From Eledone cirrhosa (taxonomy: Eukaryota): a stretch of 64,000 bases of DNA. The stretch covers positions 236,530,001 to 236,594,000 of the forward strand of contig OZ024741.1 of NCBI GenBank assembly GCA_964016885.1, read 5' to 3'. The notes under the pieces were generated by a model that did not search any database, was not told the origin of the DNA, and worked only from the letters and a program-made list of their open reading frames with translations. The stretch's first letter is position 1. Each line of letters starts with the position of its first letter. Positions 25,021-36,290 of this stretch are shown here, piece by piece. A program made the translations under genes and the position numbers.

Positions 25021-25713
25021 CCTTGAATCTCAGTCATTGATGTTGGTTAACTGGAAAGTCCGTTGGATTGAATATCAAGCCACTACCTGCAGCCTCAGAT
25101 ATTCAGGACGTATCGGAGGGTTCTTGCTGTTCCAAGCAAGCATGCCTTTTGAAGCGTTCCAAAAAGCGTGAAGGGGCCGATTTTCTTTAACCATCCCTGG
25201 AAACTTTTGGAGATAGTCCCCAGTGCGCCTATGACAATCGGGATCACTTTGACTTCATGGCAGTTCCAAATCCTTTTCACCTCCCACTTTAGGTCCTGGT
25301 ATCGGTTAATTTTCTCCCTCTCCTTCTCTTGCACTCTCGTGTCGAATGGGCAGGCCACATCCACAATCAGGCACGATCTTTTTTCTTTGTCCACAACACC
25401 AGGTCAGGTCTATTGTGTTCCAGTTTTTTGTCCGTCTGTATCCTAAAATCCCACAGCACCTTCACCTGATTGTTCTCCATCACCGCCTCTGGCCTATGCT
25501 CATACCATTTCTCAGAATGTGGTAGATTGTTTACTTTGCACAGGTGCCAGTGGATCACCCTGCCCATCACATCGTGTCTCCAGCCCTTATAGTGGGTCTG
25601 GGCTAGGTGTTTACACTCGGACACAATGTGAGCCACAGTCTCCTCTCTCTCTCCACAGATCCTGCACAGTGGGCTGGCCTCCTCCTTGTAGATATGGTGC
25701 TTCAACCACTTCG

Positions 25714-25717
<4 letters not shown>
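25021..25717 (-). mobile_element. R4/Dong-clade element, 5'-truncated copy 2
   Basis: CRICGEREETVAHIVSEC plus RLE. (TTA)n on both sides. Confidence 0.88.
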
Positions 25718-25780
<63 letters not shown>

Positions 25781-25788
25781 GTTATTAC

Positions 25789-25936
25789 TCTTTGAGTCTC
25801 AGTCATTGATGTTAGTTAACTGGAAAGTTTGTTGAGATGAATATCAAGCCACTACCTGCAGCCTCAGATATTCAGGACGTATCGGAGGGTTCTTGCTGTT
25901 CCCAGCAAGCATGCCATTTGAAGCGTTCCAAAAAGC
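25789..25936 (-). mobile_element. R4/Dong-clade element, 5'-truncated copy 3 (extreme 3' end)
   Basis: Same 3' UTR and last codons (ACLLGTARTLRYVLNI*). (TTA)n on both sides. Confidence 0.85.
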
Positions 25937-26172
25937 ATTATTATTATTATTATTATTGAATGCCATGGTTGACGGAGGCTCGGCTCTGTAAGGTACTGTA
26001 AATTTTGAACGCTATAACAATTGTAAATTGTTTAAAACTTAGACCAACTTGTAGACAAAAACACCCTCCTCCTCGTGAGAGGGGTCTTTCTGCCCGTTAT
26101 TTGACCCTTCGGGATTAAATAACTGCTTATTGGGGTTTTGTACCCAATATTTATTTTTAACAAAAAAACAAC

Positions 26173-28281
26173 ATGGCTACGAAAAAGAATTTGCATAGGT
26201 CACTCCCACTCATTCCGTCTTCTTTTTCCTCAATCGTCACTACAGCAGAGAGAAGATTGTCTCTCTCCCTCCCTTCTTTAAATGTGTCTCTCTCCCTCCC
26301 TTCTCTTTCGCAAGCGACGAAAGAAAAGAAAAGTCTCGTGCAAAGCGTGCAAGGTTTCTCCACGACGACGACGACAGCGACGAAACAGGTGTGCGGGAAA
26401 TACGAAAACCCAGTTCATTCGTCTGACGTCAGGAATAATAGCAGTAGCAGCCGTAATAACAACAGCAACAGTGACAATGAAAACAACAGTAGCAGCCGCA
26501 ACAGCATCACCAGCAGCATAAACAACAACAGCATTAGCAGCAGCAACACCAACAACAACCACAGCAACAGCGGCGGAGGCAGTAGTCGTAGTACCTGCAG
26601 CAACAACAAAAGTACCAGCAGCTCTGACGACAACAACAACAACAGCAGCAAAGAAAAACCAATCTCATTTGCAGGTATTGCGAAAAACTTGGAAACAATC
26701 CTCATAACAAATGAGGAATTAGAGGAAGCGAAGAAGATGGTGACAAAGAATGGACACCGAGCAATCTGCAAGGCAGCGGAAACATTTTTCGAAACCCAAC
26801 AGCACTGTACGGTCACGTACCGTACAGTAAGTACAAAATCCCGTAGGGTGGAAAGAGCCACAGAGGCTCAAATACAAAAATCCTTGGGGTCTGTGTGGCA
26901 GCGGAAAACGCACATCACCCGAGGCAAAAAAATATGCCACCGTAGACGTACTTTTTGCCACACCCCAGGAGGCAAAGGCCCAATCCGTAGTGACCCTAAG
27001 GAGCGAGGAAATGGTGTTGGTGCCCTCCTACTGCGGGCAAAAAATTGTGAGGGTCAAACTGACCCACGCCCCCCCCCCCCCCGGAATGGCCCCTTCTTGA
27101 CTGGCCGCGTCTGTCCTCGTCGGAATCGAGGACAAAACAACTGTACTGCAAGTACAGAAAAAAGTAAGAGAAGATTGGGTCGGCACCTCCATTGAGATGC
27201 TAATCCAAACCAACCAGGAGTGCATCGAAGCTATCCCGGATGTAATAGACTTCGATAACGGCACTCAACTGCCCATAAGTGTTGAAGGAAAACGCCCGAA
27301 ATGCTTTCGCTGTGGATCGAAGACTCACCTCAGGGCCTTCTGCAACGAGAAGACCCTGAGAAAGGAGAAACCCCCCTCCTTCCGAAACCGGCTCCACGGC
27401 TACCAGCAACAGGACAAGCGTCAACCAGGAACGATAGGTCCATGGCACCCATACCCACGCCACGGAAATCAAAAACAGCAGCAGCAGTGGAAATATTAAC
27501 AACAACAACAGCAATACCAAATGCAGCTGCAACAGAGACACCAGTGCAAACATCACCAACAACAACAAGTGAAAGAGTGGAGCTGGTACCCCTCCCCGAC
27601 CTCACAGAATCAGACATGGAGTGTGAGGTGGGAGAGAGATGGCAAAAGGTCGTAAGAAGGCACAAACGCAGAAGCAGCGCATCGTCGCCTTTGAAAAGGG
27701 AGGAAAGAAATGAGAAAAGGGTAAAGTCTACTGCAAAGAGACCCACAGCAGCAACACCACCAACACCATCACCACCCACACTAGCACCACCATCACCACC
27801 GGCGACAACCCCACCGCCAACAACACTTTCAACACCACCACCACAAGCACCAACATCGCAAACACAACAACAAAACACACACACCCAGCAACAACGACAA
27901 GAAAATAGCAGAACCACACCCCACCCCCAGAAAAACAAATGCACGGCAATAAACACACACAACAAGAAACTAATGACTTACATAATTGAACACACAGACA
28001 TTTCACAACAGGACTACATAATACCAGCACCAATCAAAACGCCAACTAACATAAGACTGCTAAAAATAGCACAGAAACAATACACAAACATTAAAACGAA
28101 ATTCCCCAACGCAGTTGGTGATTTCAGGGACCTAGGAGGAACCATTAATCGAAGAGTATATTCAGACATTCTCTTAGAAGAGCCGACGACCAGCCGAAGG
28201 GACGATTCAACGGTCCCTTCACCAGACGATCAAGTGAAAAGGGATGTAAAAACCATCCCTCCTCTACCAAAAGTACGGTAA
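26173..28281 (+). pseudogene. Tx1 ORF1 (zinc knuckle CFRCGSKTHLRAFC), disrupted in copy A
   Basis: Split over three frames. Copy B reads through this part and shows where the frameshifts and stop lie. Confidence 0.85.
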
Positions 28282-28316
28282 GTGGTCTTTCCCATCTTTT
28301 CCACTCTATTTTAAAC

Positions 28317-31300
28317 ATGACCTCACTCAGAATAGGCAGCATAAATGCGCGTGGCTTGGGGTCGTCATGGAAGCAGGGTCACCTGCTCAACGACCTCAGG
28401 TCACTAAACATAGATGTAGTGGCCATCAGCGAGACCAGAATCTCCGAAGCACGGGCCTTCGCACCGATCTTCGGCGGCTACGATGTGTACGCATCTCCCA
28501 GCCGTCCTGGATCGGGTGGAGGAGTTGCTGTGCTTTTTCGGAGAGGTTTGGATCTCGCCATACGGGCCATCTTCCTGGACCCAGAGGGTAAGCTGGTGGT
28601 GCTGGACGTGACCAGCGGAGACGGGCAAGCTTTCAGGCTAGTGGCCGTCTATGCCCCGACAGGAGCAGGGCGGCCTGATTTCTTCCGGCGTCTGGAGACC
28701 TTTCTTGGAACGTCCCGCTCTTTAGTGTTAGTGGGCGACTGGAACGGGATCTTAGATGCACGCTGGGACTGTGTGGGATTAGCGGATAGGGGTGGAGGGT
28801 GCAAGAGCCTCACCAACCTGCTCAGGCGTTTTGAACTGTCTGACAGGTACCGATTGGATTTCCCGAATGTGCCAATGTGGACTTGGACAAACCGCATAGG
28901 GTCATCCAGATCATATCTAGATAGAGTATTTTGTAGGGAAATAGATAGGTCTAGCATAGGCTGTCCACAATTCAAGATAGTCAGCTACACGGACCACAAA
29001 TTCGTGATCTGTGTGCTTGACTTAGATAGGCTTCATAGACGAGGACCCGGCTACTGGAAGCTAAACGCGTCCTTACCAGCGCGCAAGGCCTACAGAGACC
29101 GGATTAGCGAACTAGTTAAGAGGGCGTTGACGGGGGCCATCGTCAACAACAAGTGGTGGTTTGCTCTGAAAAGAGCGATTAGAATAGAATCGATTAGGTT
29201 TAGTAAGGCTTTAGCAATAGAGAAAAATAGAGCAGAGGGAGAACTAGTTAGAAAATTAGACGAGGCGCTTAGCAAAGGCATTGCGACCGACGTGCTTGCG
29301 GCGAAATTGGCCCTTGACCAATTCTTCAATGCAAAGCACGAAGGCTGCGTTGTCAGAGCTAGGGTGCGTGCTCTCAGACACGAGGGGACGAAAGCCGTTC
29401 AATGGGCCCGAGTGGCGGAGGCGCGTCGTGGCAACAAAGCCACGATCCGGTCTTTGGTGGACCACGACGGGCGCATGCTACTCGATCCCGGGCAAATGTG
29501 TGAAGCTTTTCAGCGACACTTCGCTCAGTTGTTCGGGGGCAGCGGTGGGCCGGGTCGAGGGATGGACTTTAGTGTCTACCTCGACGGACTGCCGCGGCTC
29601 TCGGCCACTGAGGCGAAGTGTTGCGAAAAGCCGATAACAGCCGCTGAAGTACGGGAGGCAATGACTGGCTGCACAAGGGGTAAATCGCCTGGTTTGGATG
29701 GTCTGCCCTATGAACTTTACGTACAGATGCCAGACTTGTTCGGAGGCCTCTTGGCGGACGTCTACTGCAACTGGCAACAGAACGGGAGAATTCCCAGTTC
29801 TGTGAGCCGAGGAGCGGTGGCACTGCTGAGAAAGGATCCGAACAAGGGGGATAACATAGACAATTTCCGGCCCATAACTCTGCTAAACACAGAGTTTAAG
29901 ATTTTGGCCAAGGTGCTAGCAAAGAGGTTGGCGCTTGTCGTTGGTGGTCTGGTGGGAGAGGCGCAGACATGCGCCATTCCCGACAGATCCATCCACGACA
30001 ACCTCCACCTCATGCGATACATCGTAGAGAGGGTAGCTAGGGAACCTGGCACGGGTGGGTCCTTGATCAATTTAGATCAGTCGAAAGCTTTCGATAGGGT
30101 CGACCATCGTTACCTAGCGGCAGTCCTGAGGGCGGCTGGCTTTGGGCCCGTCTTCAGAGGCTGGATCGCTGCCATGCACAGCGACATCTGCTCTGTGGTG
30201 AGAGTGAACGGTCACCTGTCGGAACCGTTCAACATCATGCGCTCGGTCCGCCAAGGATGTCCCCTCTCGTCCCTCTTGTACGTATTGACTCTCGAGCCAT
30301 TACTGCACAAACTGGAGACGTTGAGGGGAGTCCCGCGCGAACTAGGATGCGGAAGATCCGTGTCAGCATATGCGGACGATGTCACCGTAGTGGTGTCGAA
30401 CGCCAAACACATCGAGGCGATCGGCACTACACTAAGAGAATACGAAGCGGTGACAGGAGCAATGATCAACCAGGAAAAGTCAGTGGGCCTGCAGCTCGGC
30501 ACCTGGAGAGGCAGGTCCATGCCGTCCAACAGCGTCGTCGGGCGCTGGACGGACGGACCGGTTAAATTGCTAGGGGTCTGGTTCGGTCCGGACCTCCAGA
30601 CGGACAAAAACTGGGACGAGGTGACGAGCAGGGTGGCTTCTCTCACCCAGAAATGGGCGGAGAGGAAGCTATCCCTGAAAGGTCGAGCGGAGGTGGCTAA
30701 CGCGTACATCGCGTCTGTCATGTGCTACCGCCTAACCGTCGTACCTTGTCCTAAGCCTCGCCTGACTGCGCTGGAGCGTTTGCTCTTTCGCTTTTTGTGG
30801 AAGGGACGTGCTCCGATGGTCAGGCGGTCCATCTGTTGTCAACACCCGCTACGTGGAGGGCTGGGCATGCCGTGGCTGATGATGCGCAGGCACGCGCTCA
30901 GGCTACGACATCTCCACCTCTTCCTCGACGGTGATCAGGTGTGGTCGCCGTTTGCTAGACGCGTGTTTCCCCAGCTCGTTTCCTTGACGGAGCTGCAGTC
31001 CTGGGTCAAGCGAAGACCGAGAGGGAGCGCCTGGAGACTGGAATGTCTTCAGGCGCTCACAGCCCTCGACCAATCGGGCAATGTGATCGGTGGAAACTCC
31101 ACCTCGGCGTTCTATAGAGGATTAGTGGAGGGGAAGAGCGACGACGTACTTGGGGAAACTCTAGGCGTCGACGAAAATCAACTAGCCAATCTCTTCGGAA
31201 GAACTTTCGGGCCAGGGCCTATGGACAACTTCCAGAAATCTCTGGCCTGGCAGTGCTACCGAGGAGCCTTGCCAGTTCGGGATAAACTCTACAGGAATGG

Positions 31301-31736
31301 AGGTGCCGTCAGCCGGGCATGTCCGAGATGCGCGCAGGGCGACGAAACCGTCCTGCACGCACTCGTCCAGTGTCCGAAAATTGCTGACTTGTGGGTTTAT
31401 GTCGAACACCTGCTGTCGCGTTTAGGACGGATCCGGCTATCATCTGAGTCCATCGTGAGGATTGCCCCGCCCTCCTCCTTTAGCCGGGAAGGGCAGGCAG
31501 TTTTTATCTGTCTGGTGGCCATGGCGAAAGAGATAGTATGGTGGACACGTTTGAAAGGGCTGAAGACGAGCACTTACCTCTTCGGTGATGCTCTGATTGA
31601 CTTTTTCAAATTTCATTTGAAAAGGAAAATCAGAGTAGAGAGGGAAGTGCTCTCTTCCCAGCATTTTGTTGAAAGATGGGTGAGAGAAGCAAGAATGGCC
31701 CGAGTGAATGGGCCTACTTTGAGCATATATCTGTAA
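28317..31736 (+). CDS. Tx1 ORF2, intact 1139 aa: APE endonuclease, reverse transcriptase, CCHC finger
   Basis: INARGL, SET, VGDWN, YLDR, TDH; KSPGLDG, DQSKAFDRV, RQGCPLS, YADD; CPRCAQGDETVLHALVQC. Confidence 0.95.
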   Translation: MTSLRIGSINARGLGSSWKQGHLLNDLRSLNIDVVAISETRISEARAFAPIFGGYDVYASPSRPGSGGGVAVLFRRGLDLAIRAIFLDPEGKLVVLDVTSGDGQAFRLVAVYAPTGAGRPDFFRRLETFLGTSRSLVLVGDWNGILDARWDCVGLADRGGGCKSLTNLLRRFELSDRYRLDFPNVPMWTWTNRIGSSRSYLDRVFCREIDRSSIGCPQFKIVSYTDHKFVICVLDLDRLHRRGPGYWKLNASLPARKAYRDRISELVKRALTGAIVNNKWWFALKRAIRIESIRFSKALAIEKNRAEGELVRKLDEALSKGIATDVLAAKLALDQFFNAKHEGCVVRARVRALRHEGTKAVQWARVAEARRGNKATIRSLVDHDGRMLLDPGQMCEAFQRHFAQLFGGSGGPGRGMDFSVYLDGLPRLSATEAKCCEKPITAAEVREAMTGCTRGKSPGLDGLPYELYVQMPDLFGGLLADVYCNWQQNGRIPSSVSRGAVALLRKDPNKGDNIDNFRPITLLNTEFKILAKVLAKRLALVVGGLVGEAQTCAIPDRSIHDNLHLMRYIVERVAREPGTGGSLINLDQSKAFDRVDHRYLAAVLRAAGFGPVFRGWIAAMHSDICSVVRVNGHLSEPFNIMRSVRQGCPLSSLLYVLTLEPLLHKLETLRGVPRELGCGRSVSAYADDVTVVVSNAKHIEAIGTTLREYEAVTGAMINQEKSVGLQLGTWRGRSMPSNSVVGRWTDGPVKLLGVWFGPDLQTDKNWDEVTSRVASLTQKWAERKLSLKGRAEVANAYIASVMCYRLTVVPCPKPRLTALERLLFRFLWKGRAPMVRRSICCQHPLRGGLGMPWLMMRRHALRLRHLHLFLDGDQVWSPFARRVFPQLVSLTELQSWVKRRPRGSAWRLECLQALTALDQSGNVIGGNSTSAFYRGLVEGKSDDVLGETLGVDENQLANLFGRTFGPGPMDNFQKSLAWQCYRGALPVRDKLYRNGGAVSRACPRCAQGDETVLHALVQCPKIADLWVYVEHLLSRLGRIRLSSESIVRIAPPSSFSREGQAVFICLVAMAKEIVWWTRLKGLKTSTYLFGDALIDFFKFHLKRKIRVEREVLSSQHFVERWVREARMARVNGPTLSIYL

Positions 31737-31996
31737 ATTAAAGGTGGAAAACTGGGAGAGGGCACTTGCCTTGGTGGTCAGGGTCATTGTGGCTTTTTAC
31801 TGGGCTTTCTCCACAAATGTCCCTCCGAAGTCTCCCCCCTATTGGGGAATTTTTCATTGTTATTTTCATTGTTATTTTTGTTACATCCTCTGTTTTTGTT
31901 TTTTTACACGCAGAAATGCCCATTTGTACCGTCCTGCATTGTCCTGCACTGTCCTTAATGTCTACTTTATGTAAACCCTTGTGGTTAATAAAGAAA

Positions 31997-32077
<81 letters not shown>

Positions 32078-32211
32078 CTTACATTAAACTATAATTACAC
32101 TCCTTATTCCTTACATTAAACTGCAACTATGTTGACACTCTTTAAATAACGTCTTCCTTGTGAAATTTGTGGTCTTGTTTTGCTTAACTAATGAATATAT
32201 ATATATATATA

Positions 32212-32515
32212 TATCACCATCATCACCGTTTTACGTCCGTTCTTCCACGCTAGCATGGGTTAGACGGGTTGTCCTGTTGTGGGCAGTGTCCAGTTGGCTG
32301 ACCTTGTGTTGCTCATACACGAACTGATTCTTGCTTGATTTCTACAGCTGGATGCCCTTCCTAACACCAACCTCATTTACAGTGAATGCTGCGTGCTTTT
32401 TTCCTGTGCCGCCTACACGTCCACTTTACAGTGTAGGCTGGGTGCTTTTTTGCACCTCCACGACCACTTTGCAGTGGGAGGGGGTGGGGGCATATTGTCT
32501 ATATGCTTCAGCTTG
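32212..32515 (-). mobile_element. RTE-3'-end-related short repeat
   Basis: Closely matches 52008-52315. Confidence 0.7.
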
Positions 32516-32867
32516 TATATGCTTCAGAATGTATGTATAGTATATTTGGCAATATACTGTATGTTTAATTAAAAACATTTTGAAGACCATTCGTTATGAA
32601 TTTTAAAATACTGACTATGTCACTTACTTATTCTCAGCGAAAACAAAGGGAGAGTGATCGATAGTCTGTTTCTCGCTTGTTAGTGTTTATCAAGACCACA
32701 CACTCCCCTGCCTTTTGCCGAGAATTATAGGAGCTGGATTCTTATAGAATTCCAGTAATATTTAAGAGCTGATTAAACAGAGCGATTGCTGGTCCAGCAA
32801 AAGTTAGGTATATATATAGCCAGAAGATCTACAAGCATTGAGAGTGCTCTACCGGCTACAAGTAATT

Positions 32868-32915
32868 CTTGTCTGATTACCCTGTGATAAACAGGCGAAA
32901 CTCCAGAGTAACAAA
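32868..32915 (+). ncRNA. Minimal hammerhead ribozyme motif with one core mutation
   Basis: TTGT-CTGATTA(canonical CTGATGA)-CCTGT/ACAGG-GAAA-CTC-CA-GAG-TA-ACAA. Confidence 0.55.
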
Positions 32916-32934
32916 GCTCACTAGTTAGCCTTCA

Positions 32935-33901
32935 GAAATCATATTAACATTATGCACATGCAGATGATAATTATCGATTATAAAATCGATAATAGTAAAT
33001 GATAATAAAAAGAAAAGATTGATATGGCCTCTTCTTCGGAGCCGAAAAGAAAAATAAATATAAAAATTCAAAAAAACATGTCACCGAAAATAGTATCCCT
33101 CTCTATTATTTTTTTTTAATATTAACCCTTACTACTTTTATACACTCTTCAACTATATTCTTTATATACCCCCTCTTTTAAATCATTTTGATTTTCATTT
33201 CTATGTAGATTTTTCTTAATAATATATTATCTTCCACTAGAGGATCTTTTGCCCAGTTATTTGACCTCTGAGACTTTGGTATGCATATCCTGACCTTTAA
33301 ATATCATAATATTTTTTTTTATCTAGTATTCTCTTTCTCTGTAATTCATAATATATATTTTTTACCTTTCCCACATTATCTTAATATACATCACACCCTC
33401 TAATTTCTATTTTTAATGATTCCTCATATACTAACCCTCTTGATTAATTTTATACGATATTTCTTTCCACATATACATTCATCTTTTTACTCTACCGTTA
33501 AGTATAATACTAACATCCCTCTTCCTTCCTATATTTAAACAAATTTTAAATATCTCACATGTAATTCTAGTAATTATCTCCCTTTCACCATAGTTATGCC
33601 CCTTGCTATATTTACTTGCCTACCTCCGGTTTCATACATACTCCATTTTTTTAAACGGTTAATTCTTCGAATTTAAAATGTATTCTTATTTTACTTCCAG
33701 CATTAATATGTGGATGGGTATGCTTCATTTATTGTAGTCCCTATTTTCAGTGACATGTATTTTTGAATGTTTATGTTTATTTTTTTCTTTTCTGCTCCAA
33801 AGAAAAGACCATATCAATCTTTTCTTTTTATTATCATTTACTGTTATCGATTTTATAATCGATAATTATCATCTGTATGTGCTTAATGTTGATATGATTT
33901 C
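32935..33901. repeat. Inverted repeat of about 160 bp (32935-33093 vs 33741-33901), probable Penelope-like remnant
   Basis: Arms are clear reverse complements around an AT-rich spacer of about 650 bp, directly after a hammerhead motif. Confidence 0.75.
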
Positions 33902-34168
33902 CAAACAACTATAAGTCATTAAATATATTTGTTGAAGAATTTGGTATTGTTTTCTCTAATGTTTAATTTCTATATTAATGCTCTGCTTATACAATTTTTT
34001 GATTGACATTATTTCTCTTGCTTACTTACATCGTTTGCATGTCTGGCATCTAATATGCATTGAGTACACTGTCCCCTTCACTACTGGCATATAATTCTAA
34101 TAACTAATCTCTTATCTCTCCTCCTTGATTAGTTTGTATGCATAATTTTGATATATATATATATATAT

Positions 34169-36290
34169 CATCATCATCATCATCATCATCAGGTTTAGCG
34201 TCCGTATTCCACGCTTGCATGGGTTTGGACGGGGGTTTTCCCACTTGAGGCAAGAGTGGTTGTCTTGCTCGCATAGGACTGTCTGGCGGGTTTTCTACAG
34301 TTGGATGCCCTTCCTAACACCAACCACATTTACAGTGTGGGGCTGGGAGGTTTTTACCGTGTTGCCTACACGGCCACATTACAGCGTGGACTGTCTGGCG
34401 GGTTTTCTACAGCTGGATGCCCTTCCTAACACCAACCAAATTTACAGTGTGGGGCTGAGAGGTTTTTACCGTGTTGCCTACACGGCCACATTTACAGCGT
34501 GGACTGTGTGTTTTTTTGTCGTGACACCTACACGATCTCATTTGTTTCGGCCTGGATGTTGTGGGACCAACATAACTTTACACTGAAAGGGGCGGTGTGG
34601 ATGGGGTGGAGGTGGTGGGACGGGGGTGTGTTTTGATAGAGATGCCTACTGACTGTAGTAGGTTTTTACTTTGTATTTAGGTAAAGCGGGTCTTCTCTAT
34701 TACTGAGTACCGCCAAAGGTCTCGGTCCAGTGACATTGTCTTGGAGAGGTGTAAGCGTGTGAGGTCGGAATTTATCATGTCGTCCCAGGTTTTTCTGGGT
34801 CTGCCTACTCCGTGGCTACCGTCTATCTTTATTGCCCTGCACTTTGTTATACAGCTGTCGTCTTTCATGCGCATCACGTGACCGTACCAACGTAGCCTTC
34901 TCTCGAGTAAACAACATCTGATCCCTCTTATTTCTAATTTTTTCCTTAGTTCGTTTATGCTTAGCCGTTCACGTATATTACTATTGCACATCCAGCGGAG
35001 CATGCAAGCTTCGTTCCTCTCTAGTCTGCGTATATCCTCTGCACACAATGCCCTGGTCTCACTGCCATGCAGCATTGCTGTTCGTATGCAGGCATCGTAT
35101 AACCTGCCTTTCATTTTTAGGGAGAACCCTCTAGCGGCTAATAGTGGTATAAGCTCTCTGAACTTTTTCCATCCAGTTCTGACTCTAGCTACTGTACTTT
35201 CAGAGCACCCTCCCCCACTGCTGATTTTGTCACCCAGGTAACGGAAGCTGTCCACTATTTCTATAGAACTCTCTGCGCAATTGAAAGAGCTAGTATTTAG
35301 TGGGCACTTGCTGCTACTTATTGCACCAGAGCACCGGCCACATGTAAAATCTATGTTCTTAGTTAGCTTACCTGTGATCCCACTACATCTTTTATGCACC
35401 CATACTTTGCATTGGGGACATAAAATGGAGTTTCTACCTACGCCTTTCCTACACACTGAGCATGGCCATTTCCCGGAAGGGACCGCCGCCTTATTTTCTT
35501 TCCTACAAACTAGAACTTTAGTCTTAGCCAGGTTAATTTTAAGGCCTTTTGATTCTAGGCCGTGCTTCCATGTTTGGAATTTCTTCTCTAGTTCGGTCAT
35601 TGATTCAGCTATGAGCGTTAGATCATCTGCGTATAGCAGTTCCCATGGGCAGCCGGTCTTGAACTCCTCTGTTATAGCCTGAAGGGCAATAATAAATAGT
35701 AGGGGGCTAAGAACAGAGCCCTGATGGACACCAACTTTTACGCTAAACTCTTCACTATATTCGTTGTTAATTCTAACCTTACTGACTGTTTCTTTATACA
35801 TGGCTTGTATAGCTCTCACAAGCCATTCGTCAACACCTAGTTTTCTAAGAGCCCACCAGATAATGGAACGGGGGACTCTGTCGAAGGCTTTCTCCAAGTC
35901 GACAAAAGCTAAGTATAGGGGTTTACTTTTAGCTAGGTACTTCTCCTGTAGTTGTCGTACAATGAAAAGAGCGTCTGTGGTACTTTTGCCTGACACAAAC
36001 CCGAACTGCATTTCATCTAGATCAATTCTCTCTCTGATTAGTTGTGCTATTACTTTTTCCGTGACCTTCATGACCTGGTCGATTAATTTAATGCCTCTAT
36101 AGTTACTCCTATCTAGGGCATCTCCTTTTCCCTTATAGCAGTTAACGATGATGCTGCTACACCAGCCCTTCGGAACAACCCCATTCTGTACGACTTGGTT
36201 AACTATCCGGGTGACCATGGTGTGTCCCACCGAACCAGATGCCTTCAGCATCTCAGCAACTATTTCCGAAGGCCCAGCCGCCTTACCCGT
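34169..36290 (-). mobile_element. RTE-clade LINE, 5'-truncated, with (ATG)n tail
   Basis: Open RT ORF, then a 3' UTR with tandem units, then (CAT)n on the plus strand at 34169-34191. Confidence 0.88.
34677..36251 (-). CDS. RTE reverse transcriptase (partial ORF) with Cys-rich insert
   Basis: NYRGIKL, QFGF, FVDLEKAFDRV, GVHQGSVLSPLLF, LYADD, RRLRWYGHV. Confidence 0.88.
   Translation of the reverse strand: MLKASGSVGHTMVTRIVNQVVQNGVVPKGWCSSIIVNCYKGKGDALDRSNYRGIKLIDQVMKVTEKVIAQLIRERIDLDEMQFGFVSGKSTTDALFIVRQLQEKYLAKSKPLYLAFVDLEKAFDRVPRSIIWWALRKLGVDEWLVRAIQAMYKETVSKVRINNEYSEEFSVKVGVHQGSVLSPLLFIIALQAITEEFKTGCPWELLYADDLTLIAESMTELEKKFQTWKHGLESKGLKINLAKTKVLVCRKENKAAVPSGKWPCSVCRKGVGRNSILCPQCKVWVHKRCSGITGKLTKNIDFTCGRCSGAISSSKCPLNTSSFNCAESSIEIVDSFRYLGDKISSGGGCSESTVARVRTGWKKFRELIPLLAARGFSLKMKGRLYDACIRTAMLHGSETRALCAEDIRRLERNEACMLRWMCNSNIRERLSINELRKKLEIRGIRCCLLERRLRWYGHVMRMKDDSCITKCRAIKIDGSHGVGRPRKTWDDMINSDLTRLHLSKTMSLDRDLWRYSVIEKTRFT

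Larger units (their letters stand above)
25958..31998 (+). mobile_element. Full-length Tx1-clade LINE, copy A
   Basis: 5' UTR, ORF1, ORF2, 3' UTR with AATAAA. Flanked by (ATT)n at 25937-25957 and 31999-32076. Near-identical to 39814-45823 with the same termini. Confidence 0.92.
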
